Position numbers and translations under genes: made by a program. Positions 22,998 through 35,264 of a stretch of 64,000 nucleotides of DNA are shown here, piece by piece. This stretch comes from Azolla caroliniana (lineage: Eukaryota; Plantae; Polypodiophyta). Within the stretch, counting starts at the first letter, position 1; each line of letters starts with the position of its first letter. The stretch spans positions 22,072,001 to 22,136,000 of the forward strand of contig JBHGNT010000009.1 of assembly GCA_043228905.1 (NCBI GenBank). Reading direction: 5' to 3'. Under the pieces are notes generated by a model that had not been told where the DNA came from, made no database searches, and saw nothing but the letters and a program-made list of their open reading frames with translations.

Positions 22998-23856
22998 TGT
23001 TGGGAGACAGGTCCCTTCGGATGGGAAGGGAGAAGAACAGTGCTGATGAACGAGCTCAGCCGAGGCCGAAACCGGAAGAGGAGTACCCGGCTACGGAGAG
23101 CCGGATGGTGCAGGCCCGGTATGAACCGGATGAGGAGTATCCGGCTACGGAGAGCCGGATGGTGCAGGCCCGGTATGAACCGGATGAGGAGTACCCAGCT
23201 ACGGAGAGCCGGATGGTGCAGACCCGGTGAGAACCGGATGAGGAGTACCCGACTACGGAGAGGCGGATGGTGCAGGCCCGGTGAGAACCGGATGAGGAGT
23301 ACCCGGCTACGGAGAGCCGGATGGTGCAGGCCCGGTGAGAACCGGATGAGGAGCACCCGGCTACAGAGAGCCGGATGACGTAGACCCGGTGAGAACCGGA
23401 GGAAGAGACATATTCGTAAATATGTTTATGAGAGCCCATCGAGGCTATATTTGTAAATAGCCGAAAAGTCATATTAGTATAAATATGACTTAGGGCAAAC
23501 TTTTAGATGTAGTTATCATTCTTGTTTGAAAAAGCATAGCGAGAGCGCGTAACTGTGTACAGAGAGAGAGAGAGAAAGAGGTCGTTGCCTCTGTTGTAAC
23601 CGCCGCCTGTGGCGAAGATCTGTGAGCACGAGGTCGTTGCCTCAGTGAACTCACTGTTGTACATTCTTACATAGTGACAGTTTGCAGCCTGTGGGCTGCT
23701 GTGGTTTTTCCCCTAGTTTGGGGTTTTCCACGTAAACCTCCTGTGTACCTTTTCTCTCCTTTGCGTCGCGTGTTCTTTCGTTTCCTGTTTTCTGTGTATG
23801 AAAAGAATCTCGGTTGTGGCCGAGCATTGTGCATAAGGAGCGTTCAGTTCCCGTCA
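22998..23856 (+). mobile_element. Solo LTR (Copia-family-like, 859 bp) containing a 54-bp minisatellite
   Basis: Inverted ends TGTTGGGA...TCCCGTCA; TATAAAT; GTGGTTTTTCCC...GGGTTTTCCACGTAAA motif shared with the LTRs at 21288 and 39723. Confidence 0.8.
23070..23400. repeat. 54-bp GC-rich tandem repeat, 6 copies plus a partial
   Basis: AACCGGATGAGGAGTACCCGGCTACGGAGAGCCGGATGGTGCAGGCCCGGT(ATG/GAG) units start at 23070, 23124, 23178, 23232, 23286 and 23340. Confidence 0.95.
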
Positions 23857-24242
23857 AGAGAGTGTTTTTCGACTTACATAGCCGAGGATCATGGCTATGT
23901 AAAGATGGGAGATCATGGAGAGTGCAAGATAGCAACTGTGCAAGTCGGAGGTGAATGTGGCAGCCGATTTGAGTGGAGAGTTATTGTCATGATATGGCAT
24001 GGTATGGCTCCAAAAGGATTCGAACCCATGACCTTGTGTGACATGGGTTGAATTTATTATTTCACCATAGGAAATTCATGTATATTCCAGATTACTTTGG
24101 AACATTCTAGAAACTTTAGGAGTACTCCTAAAAGTATTATAAATAGAGGCACATGACATTATTAAGAACCAATTCGGTTCAACGCCCGTCTTAAGCCTCC
24201 TAGTTGTTCTTATATCTTTCTTCATATAATATAATATACTTC
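23857..24242. repeat. 386-bp direct repeat, copy B
   Basis: Matches 22612-22997. Confidence 0.9.
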
Positions 24243-26194
24243 TTGTTGTCATCATTCTCACTCTTCCTTCCCCTCTCATGATTCTCAGACACCCTTTCCC
24301 TTCTTAGTACTATTCCTCATTCTTCTCCTCTATCTTTAGTACTAATTCTCCTTGCCTCTAGTACTATCCCTAACAGTTTGAACCGAATTTCCTATCTTCT
24401 TATCCCTCCTTCCCTTCATACTAATTCTCTTATCGTTCCTTCCTCCAATACTAAATGGCAATTGTTAGCGCTCAGGCATACCAATCCGTTTTCTCGGAGC
24501 TCCAATGCTTAAAAGAAAAGTTTATAGCACTAGAACAAGAAAATCATCGTTTGTTGGGGAATCTTCAACAAATAGCTCTTGAAAAACAACAACATGGGGA
24601 GTTGATGTTACATGTGCAACAACTTGAAGCAACTATTGTGTCATTGCAACAACATGGACCAAGCACTCAAAGGACGCCCAAGGAACCCAAGATTGGTCTT
24701 CCTGTGAAGTTTGATGGAACGCGATCATAGTTTAGAGGATTTCTTAATCAGGTACTTGTGGTGATTCAAATGCATCATTCTCGATATCCTACCGATGCAT
24801 CACGAGTGGGACTAGTAGGCACGCTACTTAGTGGCACAACTTTGGCATGGTTTGCCCCTTTGTTAGAAAAGGACTCTCCTTTGTTAAATAATTTTGGAGT
24901 TTATTAGCGAGTTTAAAACATGTTTTGGAGATACCGATAGCGTTAGGATGGCAATCAACAAAATCCAAAGACTGCGCCAAGGTGATCGGCCGGCCTCAGC
25001 TTATGTCATGGATTTCCGTCTTCTCGCCACCAATATTCCTTGGGATGACCAAGCATTGATGGAGCAATTTCGTTATGGCCTACGTAATGATGTCAAGGAT
25101 TTACTCTTGACCTTCCCCGAAGAACCAAAGTCGCTCACAGAAGCAATATGTCGAGCGATACGATGTGTTAACCACCTTTTCGAATGACGTTCGGAACGTC
25201 AGTTCCAGATGCCAAGGGCAAGATTAGAGGCCACCTACAAATCGACACCACACCTCGTCGCGACCATTATCGAAAGAGGAAAAGCAACGATGTCAAGCAA
25301 ATAGACTATGTCTTTATTGTGGTGGAACGGGGCATATTGCAGTTAATTGTCCTCATAGGCCAAGAAGACAGGTAAATCAAATAGCTGCTAGTAGTAAGTA
25401 CTAATAGTACTAAACTAGAGTCTATTTCATTAGGAGTGTCAGATAGTCCTAATAACCGAAGCCTATCAAATAAATTTGTAGTCCTTAGTCAATTAGAAGA
25501 AGAGTTAAACAACTAAGTCCAACCAAAATAGGAGCTGTTTGGTTGGACATGTATTAGCACTCCTAGATTCTAGAGCCAATTCTTGCTTTATGGATAAGAA
25601 TTTTGCCCAAGCTCATCAGATATCCCTAAGAAAACTCCCTTGCCCAGATTCTGTAGTAGTCATTGATGGTCACCCCATTGCTTCCGAAAATATCATAGAA
25701 GAGTCAGAGCCAATTAATGTTATCCTAAATATTTGGCATGTTTAGTATCATTTAATATAATTAGTAGTCCAAAGCATCCAATTGTTTTGGGGTTACCATG
25801 GTTCGAATTACACAATTCGGACGTAGATTGGAGAACAAAAGAAATTGGGTATCGACAACCTCGAGGATCTACTCATAAGATTTCAATGATTTCGCTACAA
25901 CAATTGTGTGACAAGGACGCAAGGAAGAAACGCTTGTATTCGCAGTATCAGTGAAGCCTTCCAACACCGCTAAGTAGGAGTCAACAATTCAACTTTCAAA
26001 GAAGTATCATCAGTACGCCGATGTTTTTGATAAGGTAAAAGCTAGTACTCTTCCCCATCATCGACTGTATGATTGTTCCATTGACATAAAACCCAGAAAA
26101 GAGCCACCGTGGGGACCAATCTACAACTTGTCACTAACCGAGCTTGAAGTTCTTTGAGCCTACATAGAGGAAAATTTGGCAAATGGGTTCATTC

Positions 26195-26647
26195 TCTCAC
26201 GAACACACCAACCGCGGACTCGGACGGAGCACGAATGATGGGGCTAAGAGCGTGGAACTTAAGAAGCTGGGAATGACATAAGAGCATGAAGACAAAGATA
26301 AAGACCAAGGAGACAAGATGGGGCGAAACGAGAATACTAGATTGATGTGCCAATGTTCGGCGTTGAATCCCTTGAAGGGGACCACGGAGGTTACAAGTAT
26401 TTATAATGTGAGTTGAAGTACATGCATTAGAATATTCTTAAGAATATTTTGGAAAATATTCTAGAACCCTCTAGAACCTTCTAATTCTAGAACTTTCTAA
26501 AAACTCTTAGAACGTGAATAGATAATCTATGAAGATATGCATAACATGATTATGTACTTGGATGTGTTGGCTACAATATAACACTTGACTATGATACAAG
26601 AGGTCAAGAGTTCAAATCTTGACATAACTGTCGCCATGTCTGTGACA
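26195..26647 (-). mobile_element. Solo LTR of a related Gypsy family inserted in pol
   Basis: TSD CATTC at 26190-26194 and 26648-26652 splits the pol motif GFIRH; ends TGTCAC...GTGAGA (mutated CA); TATAAATA followed by TTCAACGCC as in the other Gypsy LTRs. Confidence 0.88.
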
Positions 26648-29466
26648 CATTCGGCATTTGAGATCTCCAGCCGGCACACCTATTTTCTTTGTCAAGAAAA
26701 AAGATGGATCACTTCATCTAGTTGTGGATTACCATGGCTTGAATAAGGTCACCATTAGGAATAGATATGCACTTCCCTTGATCTCGAGTCTTTTAGAAAG
26801 AATTAATGGCGCAAAGTTTTTTACAAGAATCGACTTACGAGGAGCATATAACCTCGTACGGATTCAACCGGGAGACGAAATTTGGAAGACAGCGTTCCGC
26901 ACTCGATATGGGCACTTCGAGTATACGGTTATGCCATTCGGCCTCACCAATGCGCCAATAGTTTTCCGGCACATGGCAAATGATATATTCCAAGATCTTT
27001 TGAACATTTGTTTGATCATCTACTTGGATGATTTGCTAGTTTATTCAAAGACACAAGAGGAGCATGATTCTCATGTATTATTAGTACTAAGACAACTATG
27101 AGAACATGGTCTTTATGCAAAGCTGGAAAAGTGTAGTTTTGATTGTAACCAGCTGGAATTTCTAGGCTATGTCATCTCATCGGAAGGCATCTCTATGGAT
27201 CCAACTAAAGTCCAGAGAGTGGCAGACTCCACGTTCATTGCGAGATGTGCAATGCTTTTTAGGATTCACAAACTTCTATTGCAAGTTTATCCAAAACTAC
27301 TCAAAACTTAATTTGCCATTCACACAGCTTACAAAGAAGGGGAAATCCTTTGTTTGGACTAAGGAAGTAGACACGTCTTTTGAAGGTCTCAAGAAAGCAT
27401 TTACATCAGCTCCTGTTTTAGCTCATGTTGATCCACAAAAACCATTTATCATTGAAGTTGGCGCATTTGATTTCGTCCTCGGTAGTATTTTGTCACAACA
27501 AGGTAATGATGAGAAGCTACATCCCTTGGTTTTCCACTTGCGCAAATTTGACGCTGCCGAAATCAACTATGAGATACATATCAAGGATATCTTAGCAATA
27601 GTGGACTCTTTTGCACAATGGAGGCATTTTTTAGAAGGATATCCTCATCAAGTCACTGTATTCAGTGACCACAAGAATCTTGCCTACTTCCAGAATGCTC
27701 GTGTATTAAATAGATGACAAGCTCAGTGGGCCCAATTCCTCACTGGTTTTGACTTCAAGATTACATATCGCCCGGGCACGCAACAGGGGAAGGCGGATGC
27801 ATTATTAGGAGACTCGTATCTAGCTCCTCGTCCTGGTGATCCGGCCTTCGACAATCAAAAGCAAGTAATCATGGGTCCAACACGACTTCAAGCAACGTGG
27901 GTCTTTGACACTCCATTGGATTCCTACATTATCGATACCATGCATGAAGATTTGAAGACAAATGTTTTCGCTCAAGCTATCCTAGATCAAATCAATCCTT
28001 CTCGAGCATCTTGTTCACGATCACAACAACCAGGTATAGATTATCAACAATTCAAATGTCATAATGGATTACTTTTCTTTAAGAAACTTTTGTATGTTCC
28101 CAATGGTTCGTGCCGCCTTCAAATATTACAAAATTGTCATGACACATACACAACCAAACATTTTGGTAGTACTAAAATGTTGGATTTAGTACAACGATCA
28201 TTTTGGCGGCCTCATATGAGAAGATTTTTTGAAGACTATGTTCAGACATGTGATACATGTTGTAGAGCGAAGATGTTGCGACATCATCCATATGTTTTGT
28301 TGGAGCCATTACCGATCCCAACCAAACCATGCAATCTATTTCTCTCGATTTTATCAGAGATCTTCCGGACTCAAGGGGCTTCAATGCAATCTTAACATTG
28401 GTAGATCGATATACTAAGATGGCACATTTCCTGCCCTGTACTAAAGAAATCACTAGTGAAGAAACTGTTGGAATTGTTATGTGTGAAATATTTCGGCATC
28501 ATGGTCTTCCCGACAATATCATAAGTGATCGTGGACTGCAATTCGTCTCTAAATTTTGGAAGCATTCCTTTAAAATGCTCAAGGTCACCTGCAATCTCTC
28601 CTCCGGCTATCATCCCCAAACAAATGGACAAGCAGAACATACCAATCAAATGTTGGAACAGTATCTTTGGTGTTTCCTAACCTATCAACAAGATGATTGG
28701 GCAGATATTCTACACTTTGCTGAATTTTCTTATAATAATTATATCCACTCCTCTACTAGGGTTACACCATTCTATGCTTATATCGGCTATCATCCTTGTT
28801 GGTGTGTGATAGAAACTCCTGAGTTACCTACAAATCCTAGTGCAAAGGATCATTTGGAGCGGTTACGACAAATTCAAGCAGAAATATCTACCCACCTACA
28901 TCGCGCCCAACAAACACAGAAGGACTATGCAGATCATCATCGGCTTCCATCCCCTTTTAATATTGGAGATTGAGTATGGCTATTACGACGGCACATCAAG
29001 ACTACTCGACTGTGTGACAAACTGGATTATCGACATCTAGGCCCTTTCCATATTAACGGAAAAATTAATGATGTTACTTTTTGCCTTGATCTTCCTCCGC
29101 AACTACCCGGATACATCCGGTATTTCATAGTTCTCTCCTAGAACCCTATTAGGACATCACTATCTTGTATTACACCACCTCCACCCTCGATCGAACTTGA
29201 AGATGGACCTAAGTACGAGGTTGTTGCCATCCTCGACTCCAAGATTGTTCGCAACAAGCTCTATTATTTGGTCTATTGGCTAGGATATGGTCCAAGCGAA
29301 CGTACTTGGGAACCAATGACGAATTTGGCGAATGCTTGAGCTCTTCTTGAAGACTTCCATCGTCAATATCCGGACAAACCAGGTCCTCAATCAATGACGA
29401 CTCGTAACACTCATCGTTTAAAGGGGGGGGGTAAGTGTCATGATATAGCATGGTATGGCATTAAAA

Positions 29467-29520
29467 GGATTTGAACCCATGACCTAGTGTCACATGGGTT
29501 AAAGCCTTGCCATTAAGCTA
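29467..29520 (-). ncRNA. tRNA-like A/B-box module in the 3' LTR U3 tip
   Basis: Minus strand TAGCTTAATGGCAAGGC, 18 nt, AGGTC, ATGGGTTCAAATCC, TTTT. Canonical tRNA spacing. Confidence 0.65.
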
Positions 29521-30669
29521 TATATTGTAATACAAAAAATATTATTTTCATTTATTATTTCACCATAGGAAATTCATGTATATTCGAGATTACTCTAGAC
29601 CATTCTAGAAACTTTAGGAGTACTCCTAAGAGTACTATAAATAGAGGCACATGGCATTATTCAGAACCAATTTGGTTTAACGCTAGTCTTAAGCCTCCTA
29701 GTTGTTCTTATATCTTTCTTCATATAATATATCACCTGTCATCATCATTCTCTCTCTCTCTCTCTCTCGTGAGTCTCACACTCCCTTCCTCTTAGTACTA
29801 ATCCTCATTATACTTTCCTTCTCTAGTACCAATTCTCTCTTTGTTTTTAGTACTATTCCTGACAGCTGAGTGCCGACAGTCGAAGACATGGAGAGTCGAT
29901 TGGGGGAGTCGACAGTAGGAGGGTCCAAGTTGAAGACACGACCAACTAGTCAGGCCAACTGGACAGTCGACACTAGAGTCAACTAGTCGATCAATCAACT
30001 GAATAACTACTATTGTTATAATAGGAATGATAGTAGCAGTGGCGACATTTGTAAATAACCCATATAGTGTATAAGTATAAATACAGTTAGGGAAAACATT
30101 GTCAGCAGGTGAGAGAGAGAGAGTAGAACATAATAGTTGTTAGCCTCTGTTGCACTCCATGACAGAGAAGAGTGTGTGTGTGAGCGTGAGAGAGCGGTAG
30201 CAAAGTTCAGTGAACTTGCTAAGATTCCTAAGTGGGTTATCCTCTATGTGTATCAGAGAAGATTACATAATTGTTTTCTGTACTCACTTGTGTATAGTGG
30301 AATCTTTGCTCTCGTGGTTTTCCCCGTTTAGGGTTTCCACGTAAAACTGTGTATTCTGTGTATTTGGTATGTTTTCCATTTTTCCGCGATATTGTCAATC
30401 ACACAATCATTCTTTTTTAGAATCGGAAGGGAGCGAATCCCTACATACCTTATATATGTAGTATATGCACGATTGCTCTTATTCTTATCTTTGCACACAT
30501 GTTCAATAGGACCTCAATAGAGGTCCTTCCCAACTCATGAACCATCAATTGTGCCTATTCATAAGTCAAGGTGCCCCTCTAATCAAGGAACTATCAGACT
30601 ATTATTATTGATCATGCACTCACCAAACTTTGTGGAGTGGTGCTTCGTGTGGAATTAAAGACTTATGCC

Positions 30670-30867
30670 AAGGTCGAAGAGATATAAAACCCAAGTCAAG
30701 TTGGGACCTAGGAGGGCCTTCTCTACCATTGACCACATCCATCCATTATGTTTCTTAGTGAACCAAGCAAAGGTCGAAGAGATATAAAACCCAAGTCAAG
30801 TTGGGACCTAGGAGGGCCTTCTCTACCATTGACCACATCCATCCATTATGTTGCTTAGTGAACCAAG
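30670..30867. repeat. 100-bp near-perfect tandem duplication
   Basis: AAGGTCGAAGAGATATAAAACCCAAGTC...TTAGTGAACCAAG occurs twice. Confidence 0.9.
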
Positions 30868-32199
30868 AAAAGGAGCAAAAGTAGTGATTCTAAGTGTGCC
30901 TTGTAGATTTTTGCAAACTTTACATTATACCTAAGGAACATCCAAATTTTGTATTCTACATATTAAATGCGTTCTAGGATACTCCCACGCATCCAAAATA
31001 TATTCTGCATTCTGGAAATCCCATTTTTAAAATGAAAGCATTTTGGACCCACTTTTGTAATTCTTCTTAACCATGTTTAAGGTTTATTTTGAATGAAGAA
31101 AAAAAGATATTGGTTTTTTTTGGCAAAGTGAATTTCTTATGTTTCTTTCCTTCGATTTGTTTCAACTTGCATTCCGGTCTATCTTCACCATCAATTGTCA
31201 CTAAGATTTGGTAAAAGCATTTCAATAATTTCACTAATGAGCCCCTAAATTGAACATGCATATTATGTTGTCTCAAAGTGCACATCATTGAGAGCACGAT
31301 ATCGACAAAGCTCTTCCTCCACATCAATGGCATGAGCCAAGGGTTTCAGGCCATTGCATCCCTATTGGTAGCAAACTAAGCAAGAGTGTTTGTCAATTAG
31401 TCTTATGCATCTCATTGACAACCATAACAAAAAGAGGAGTGATTAAGGTGTACCTAACTAGTGCTTAACCTAATCACTTTACTCTCTCAAGTGAAAGATT
31501 AAGGAAATGGGAGTAGGATCTCAAGCTTAGGTTATAATAAGAGAGAAAACTCAACCTGGAAGAAGAGCTACAATAGTCGCAAAAAGTGACTTTTATAACG
31601 TTTTACAATGAGGTTTGACCCTTTTCAAATTGGGGTAGCCCTTTGGCCTAGACCTTTGAAATAAGTTTTGTTCTATTCCCTTTTTCTCTAATGTTCTGTT
31701 GAGCTCGGTCCCTAAGTTAGGACCAATGTCTTCATGAATCATGTTATGTACGACGAGTACTTTAACACATATTGTCACTAATATTTGATAAAGTGTGCAA
31801 ACACATAAATATCCAATATGTTCTATTGATATTAAAGTATTGAATATATTCTAACTATTTAATGCATTAAGTCTTTAGAATACGTATCCTAAGTACTTTA
31901 GAATACGTACCCTAAGTCCTAATAGCATATGTCTTGTACACATATAGTATGTTACAAATGTTACAACCATGCACAAGACAATAAATCACATAGCTTCTTC
32001 ATAGTTGGCATGCATCGTACCTCGAGTACTCTTGTCCAACAAAATATTGGTGGACGTAAAGTTATTGTGGATGAGCTTCTTACTCAGAAAATAGATGTGA
32101 ACTTGTGAGTTCATTGTCGATGACAATTTCTACTTCTTCTCTATTTGACAACTTCCTTCTTCCATAAACTTGATCAACTACGAAATTCTTCCATGTGTG

Positions 32200-32900
32200 A
32201 GCTAGGTAATAGCACCACAATGGTAATGGTTGATCATGTTGACGCATATGAATAAGTTATTCTTGAATGAGAATGGCAAAGAACAACGCCATGCAAACAA
32301 CAAAAGGTATGGATTGAGAAGCAACCCTCGCTCCCCAATACAATGATAAGAAACTTGATGAGGGAGTTCTTATGCAATGAAAATAGATAAAGTGGAAGCA
32401 TACATGTGTGTACTGAATGTTATAAACTTATATCCTACCAACAATTAATAGAGCTTTTTAATGAAATTTGCTAAGCAATTGGGGTAAACCGAATTCACAA
32501 AGTAATTAATTTTACCCAATACGAGTTTGAGGCATCTTAACATGTGTCAGACTCATATGATCCATTTCGATCAAAGCAAATTTGGTTACGGGAATATGTC
32601 ATCATTTTAAGAATGACTTTGATATATTTCATGTTGCAAAGTTCTTTTCTACAAGGTTCTATGACAATGATTTGGACAAAGTAGATGATACACAAGTATG
32701 TGGGAATGTGTTATGCAATCATTTTTTGGAAGGAATGATTCTTGTTTCGTCATTATCTTACGTTACATTGGAAAGAGGTTCTTTTAAAATAGAATAAGAT
32801 CAAAAACAAAATTGGAAATGGGCTCTCTTTGAATTTTAAGTTTATTCATATTTGTGGCAATCAATGCACCAAATGAGGAAATTATAATTTGAAAGAAGCT
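32200..32900 (+). pseudogene. Highly degenerate hAT-like transposase C-terminal remnant
   Basis: VSSLSYVTLERGSFK...IKNKIGNGLS (across a frameshift) resembles the hAT dimerisation motif (S.V.CERGFS..N.IK.K.RN.L). Confidence 0.35.
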
Positions 32901-33719
32901 ATGTTTGAAGAATGCTTTGAAGCTTAGAAGGGTATGAAGAATAGACAAATTGGATCATTGACAAGAGCATAATGTCAATCAATGAATATGTGATGACGTG
33001 TATATAAATATCATTTTTCTATGATGTTATGCAAGTTTATATAGTTAATATTTTTTTGTAGTGGATTACATCATCTTCTTGTATCATTATGTAGGTTTCA
33101 AAATGAAGTTATATTTGGTTTTATTATACCTTGTTCTAAAAATATTACATGGCATTTTCTATAATATCATCTAGATTTATGGAAGTGTCTTACATTTATG
33201 CTTTCAGACAATTAACAAAAGTTTTGGAATGTCAGTGGAATTCCAAGCTGGAAAATCTCCATTCCAATAAGATTGCATTTTTCTTCAATTGTAGATTGTA
33301 CGGCAAATCCTAATGTTGCTCATGGATGGGATGTGAGATTGATGGTATTTAATGCTATGGCGTTGATAAGAATACGAACATCTAGATACTACTATTCTTC
33401 AAGAATTGTTCTAGAATCTAGACCTATGTAGTGTCAATTTGATATGTTGCAAGGATTTATTCATATGTTCAATGAAACTCACAAGTTACAACTATAGTCA
33501 TGGCCAAGGCGAAGACAAATGCAAAGAAGCATCAAAATATATGAAAGGATTGGATCAAAAACTAATAAGAACCATGACACACCCAAATATTTCGTTCATA
33601 AAAATCTATGTTTTTCTTACTCGCCATGCTACATAGTGATGACATGTATACATTTTCTTTCTTTCTCTAACCATATTGAATATGGAATAAATATCTTAAT
33701 ACTTCCCCTTCATGCCATT

Positions 33720-34950
33720 GTCACCATATACCTAATAACTCTTTGAATATTTTGAACTTTCTTTTTGCCATTGCTTTATTAAATTGAAATATCTCTTGGT
33801 ACAAGGTCTCATCATATTTCATAAGTATCACATTCTCAACAATAATGTCTCTTTTGAAGCGAAAATGTAATTCTATATGTTTGGTTCTCTCACCATGCAC
33901 ATGTTTTTCAGTAGAGCAATACAACCCAAGATGTTTGATCAACATTAATAGATCACCTTGAGGAATGCCTATCCTGATTAGACGTCTTCTCATCCTCGGT
34001 ATTTCTTTAGCAAACGCCAAGGAAGACGTAACATGGCAAGAAATTATCGGTCTTTTCCTCTCAATGATGGTATTCCTCGTGCAAGGATTAAACCATAACC
34101 AAACATTGACTTTCTTACACCGAGATCACCTACCTAATCAACATTGAGTATGCGCATAATATCAAATTATCAAAATATAATGTAACCACATGATCTTCAA
34201 TATTGTTTAAAAATCTTATTATTGTTTTAGTTGCAATACACTCCCCTTTAACAAAGATCAATATTGCACCTCCTCAATAGATTTACTATTTATGAGATAT
34301 TTAGAGGGATACTTTTGTTGAAAATGAGGTGGGGATTATGAACACTTTGGTGAGAAGGCCAAAGTGAGGGTTGCTGAAATTTTGATGGTCTATGATGTAA
34401 TTTGTTTGCTAACTAATGCGAAGAGTGTTTTTTTGGGGGATAAAAAACACATAAAGCACACATCATTTGCATTTCTCTTTATATTATGCTTTCCATTTGT
34501 TTCTTTCCGTATATAGGTTGATGTATGCAAATCCATGAAACATACTACAAGTGGGGAACTTACACCATTTGCATTTTCATGCTCAAATCCTTTTAGCATA
34601 TTTTCAATTGTTTCTAGTTGTCTCGGAGCATAGACTACACATTTCAATCTTTGAACCATGTCCTATCCTTTCTCAAAGCCTAGACATTGCTTCATGTATA
34701 GTTGTTCTTGTAAAGTTACGTTAGGGAAGTAATGTTTACATCCATATGATGTATGTTAAGTTTCATAGCATTTACTAGAGTTAAAACAAGTTCCACACTT
34801 CTTAATTTGACACTTCTTCATAATCATTTTGTTTCTTTTGAGAAAAAAAGAGTAGCAAGTCTTCCTTTAAATCATTTCAACCCAATTTTATTTTTTTAAA
34901 AATTCTATTGATTCATGTATTTCCAACCAAGTTTTGGCATGTTGGACATT
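33720..34950 (-). mobile_element. Degenerate Ty1/Copia RT-RNaseH remnant
   Basis: HGERTKHIELHFRF (Copia RNaseH); YMKQ.LGF-like RT remnant near 34690; heavily mutated. Confidence 0.6.
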
Positions 34951-35264
34951 TTACTAGCTCATACGTTCATATATCTTTAAATGATTGGTTGCATTGTTTC
35001 CAACCCATAATTATGATGTTATTGTGTATCGTTACTAGTGTCGCGGTTTACATGGTTGGATCAAAGTCATACGTTTAAGCGAAACCCAAGCTTAATCCTC
35101 ATCAAGGCCCAACTTCGTCTCATAGATTGTACTTGATCTTCCATTGATGCTATAAATCTATTTGTTTATATGTATCTCTCTCAAAGGTCATAATATGTTA
35201 AACTATCTCTCTTCTCTGCATGTCACATGTTATATATATTTTTTCAAAACAAAATATACTTCCA

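Larger units (their letters stand above)
23985..29864 (+). mobile_element. Near full-length degenerate Ty3/Gypsy chromovirus (Tcn1-like)
   Basis: LTRs 23985-24375 and 29436-29864; gag from 24455; protease (LLDSRA); RT (YLDD); RNaseH; integrase (HHCC, DF, SDRG, HPQTNGQAE), GPF motif; chromodomain YEVVAILDSK...YLVYWLGYGPSERTWEP (~29210-29380); PPT ~29420-29431; many stops and frameshifts. Confidence 0.95.
21288..30445 (+). mobile_element. Internally deleted (non-autonomous) Ty1/Copia element with nested insertions
   Basis: TSD TACCT at 21283-21287 and 30446-30450; 5' LTR 21288-21906; tRNA-Met PBS TGGTATCAGAGC 21910-21921; gag (LNSQNYADWKIKMEDLL, LNRKAVATIRQCV), CxxC knuckle and protease remnant (SASFHIT); no IN/RT; 3' LTR 29865-30445 lacks its first ~43 bp. 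Confidence 0.9.

Noticed and set aside
22955-23472. Repeat-protein ORFs or a CRISPR-like array
   Set aside because: Head-to-tail 54-bp tandem repeat without unique spacers, inside an LTR in eukaryotic DNA.
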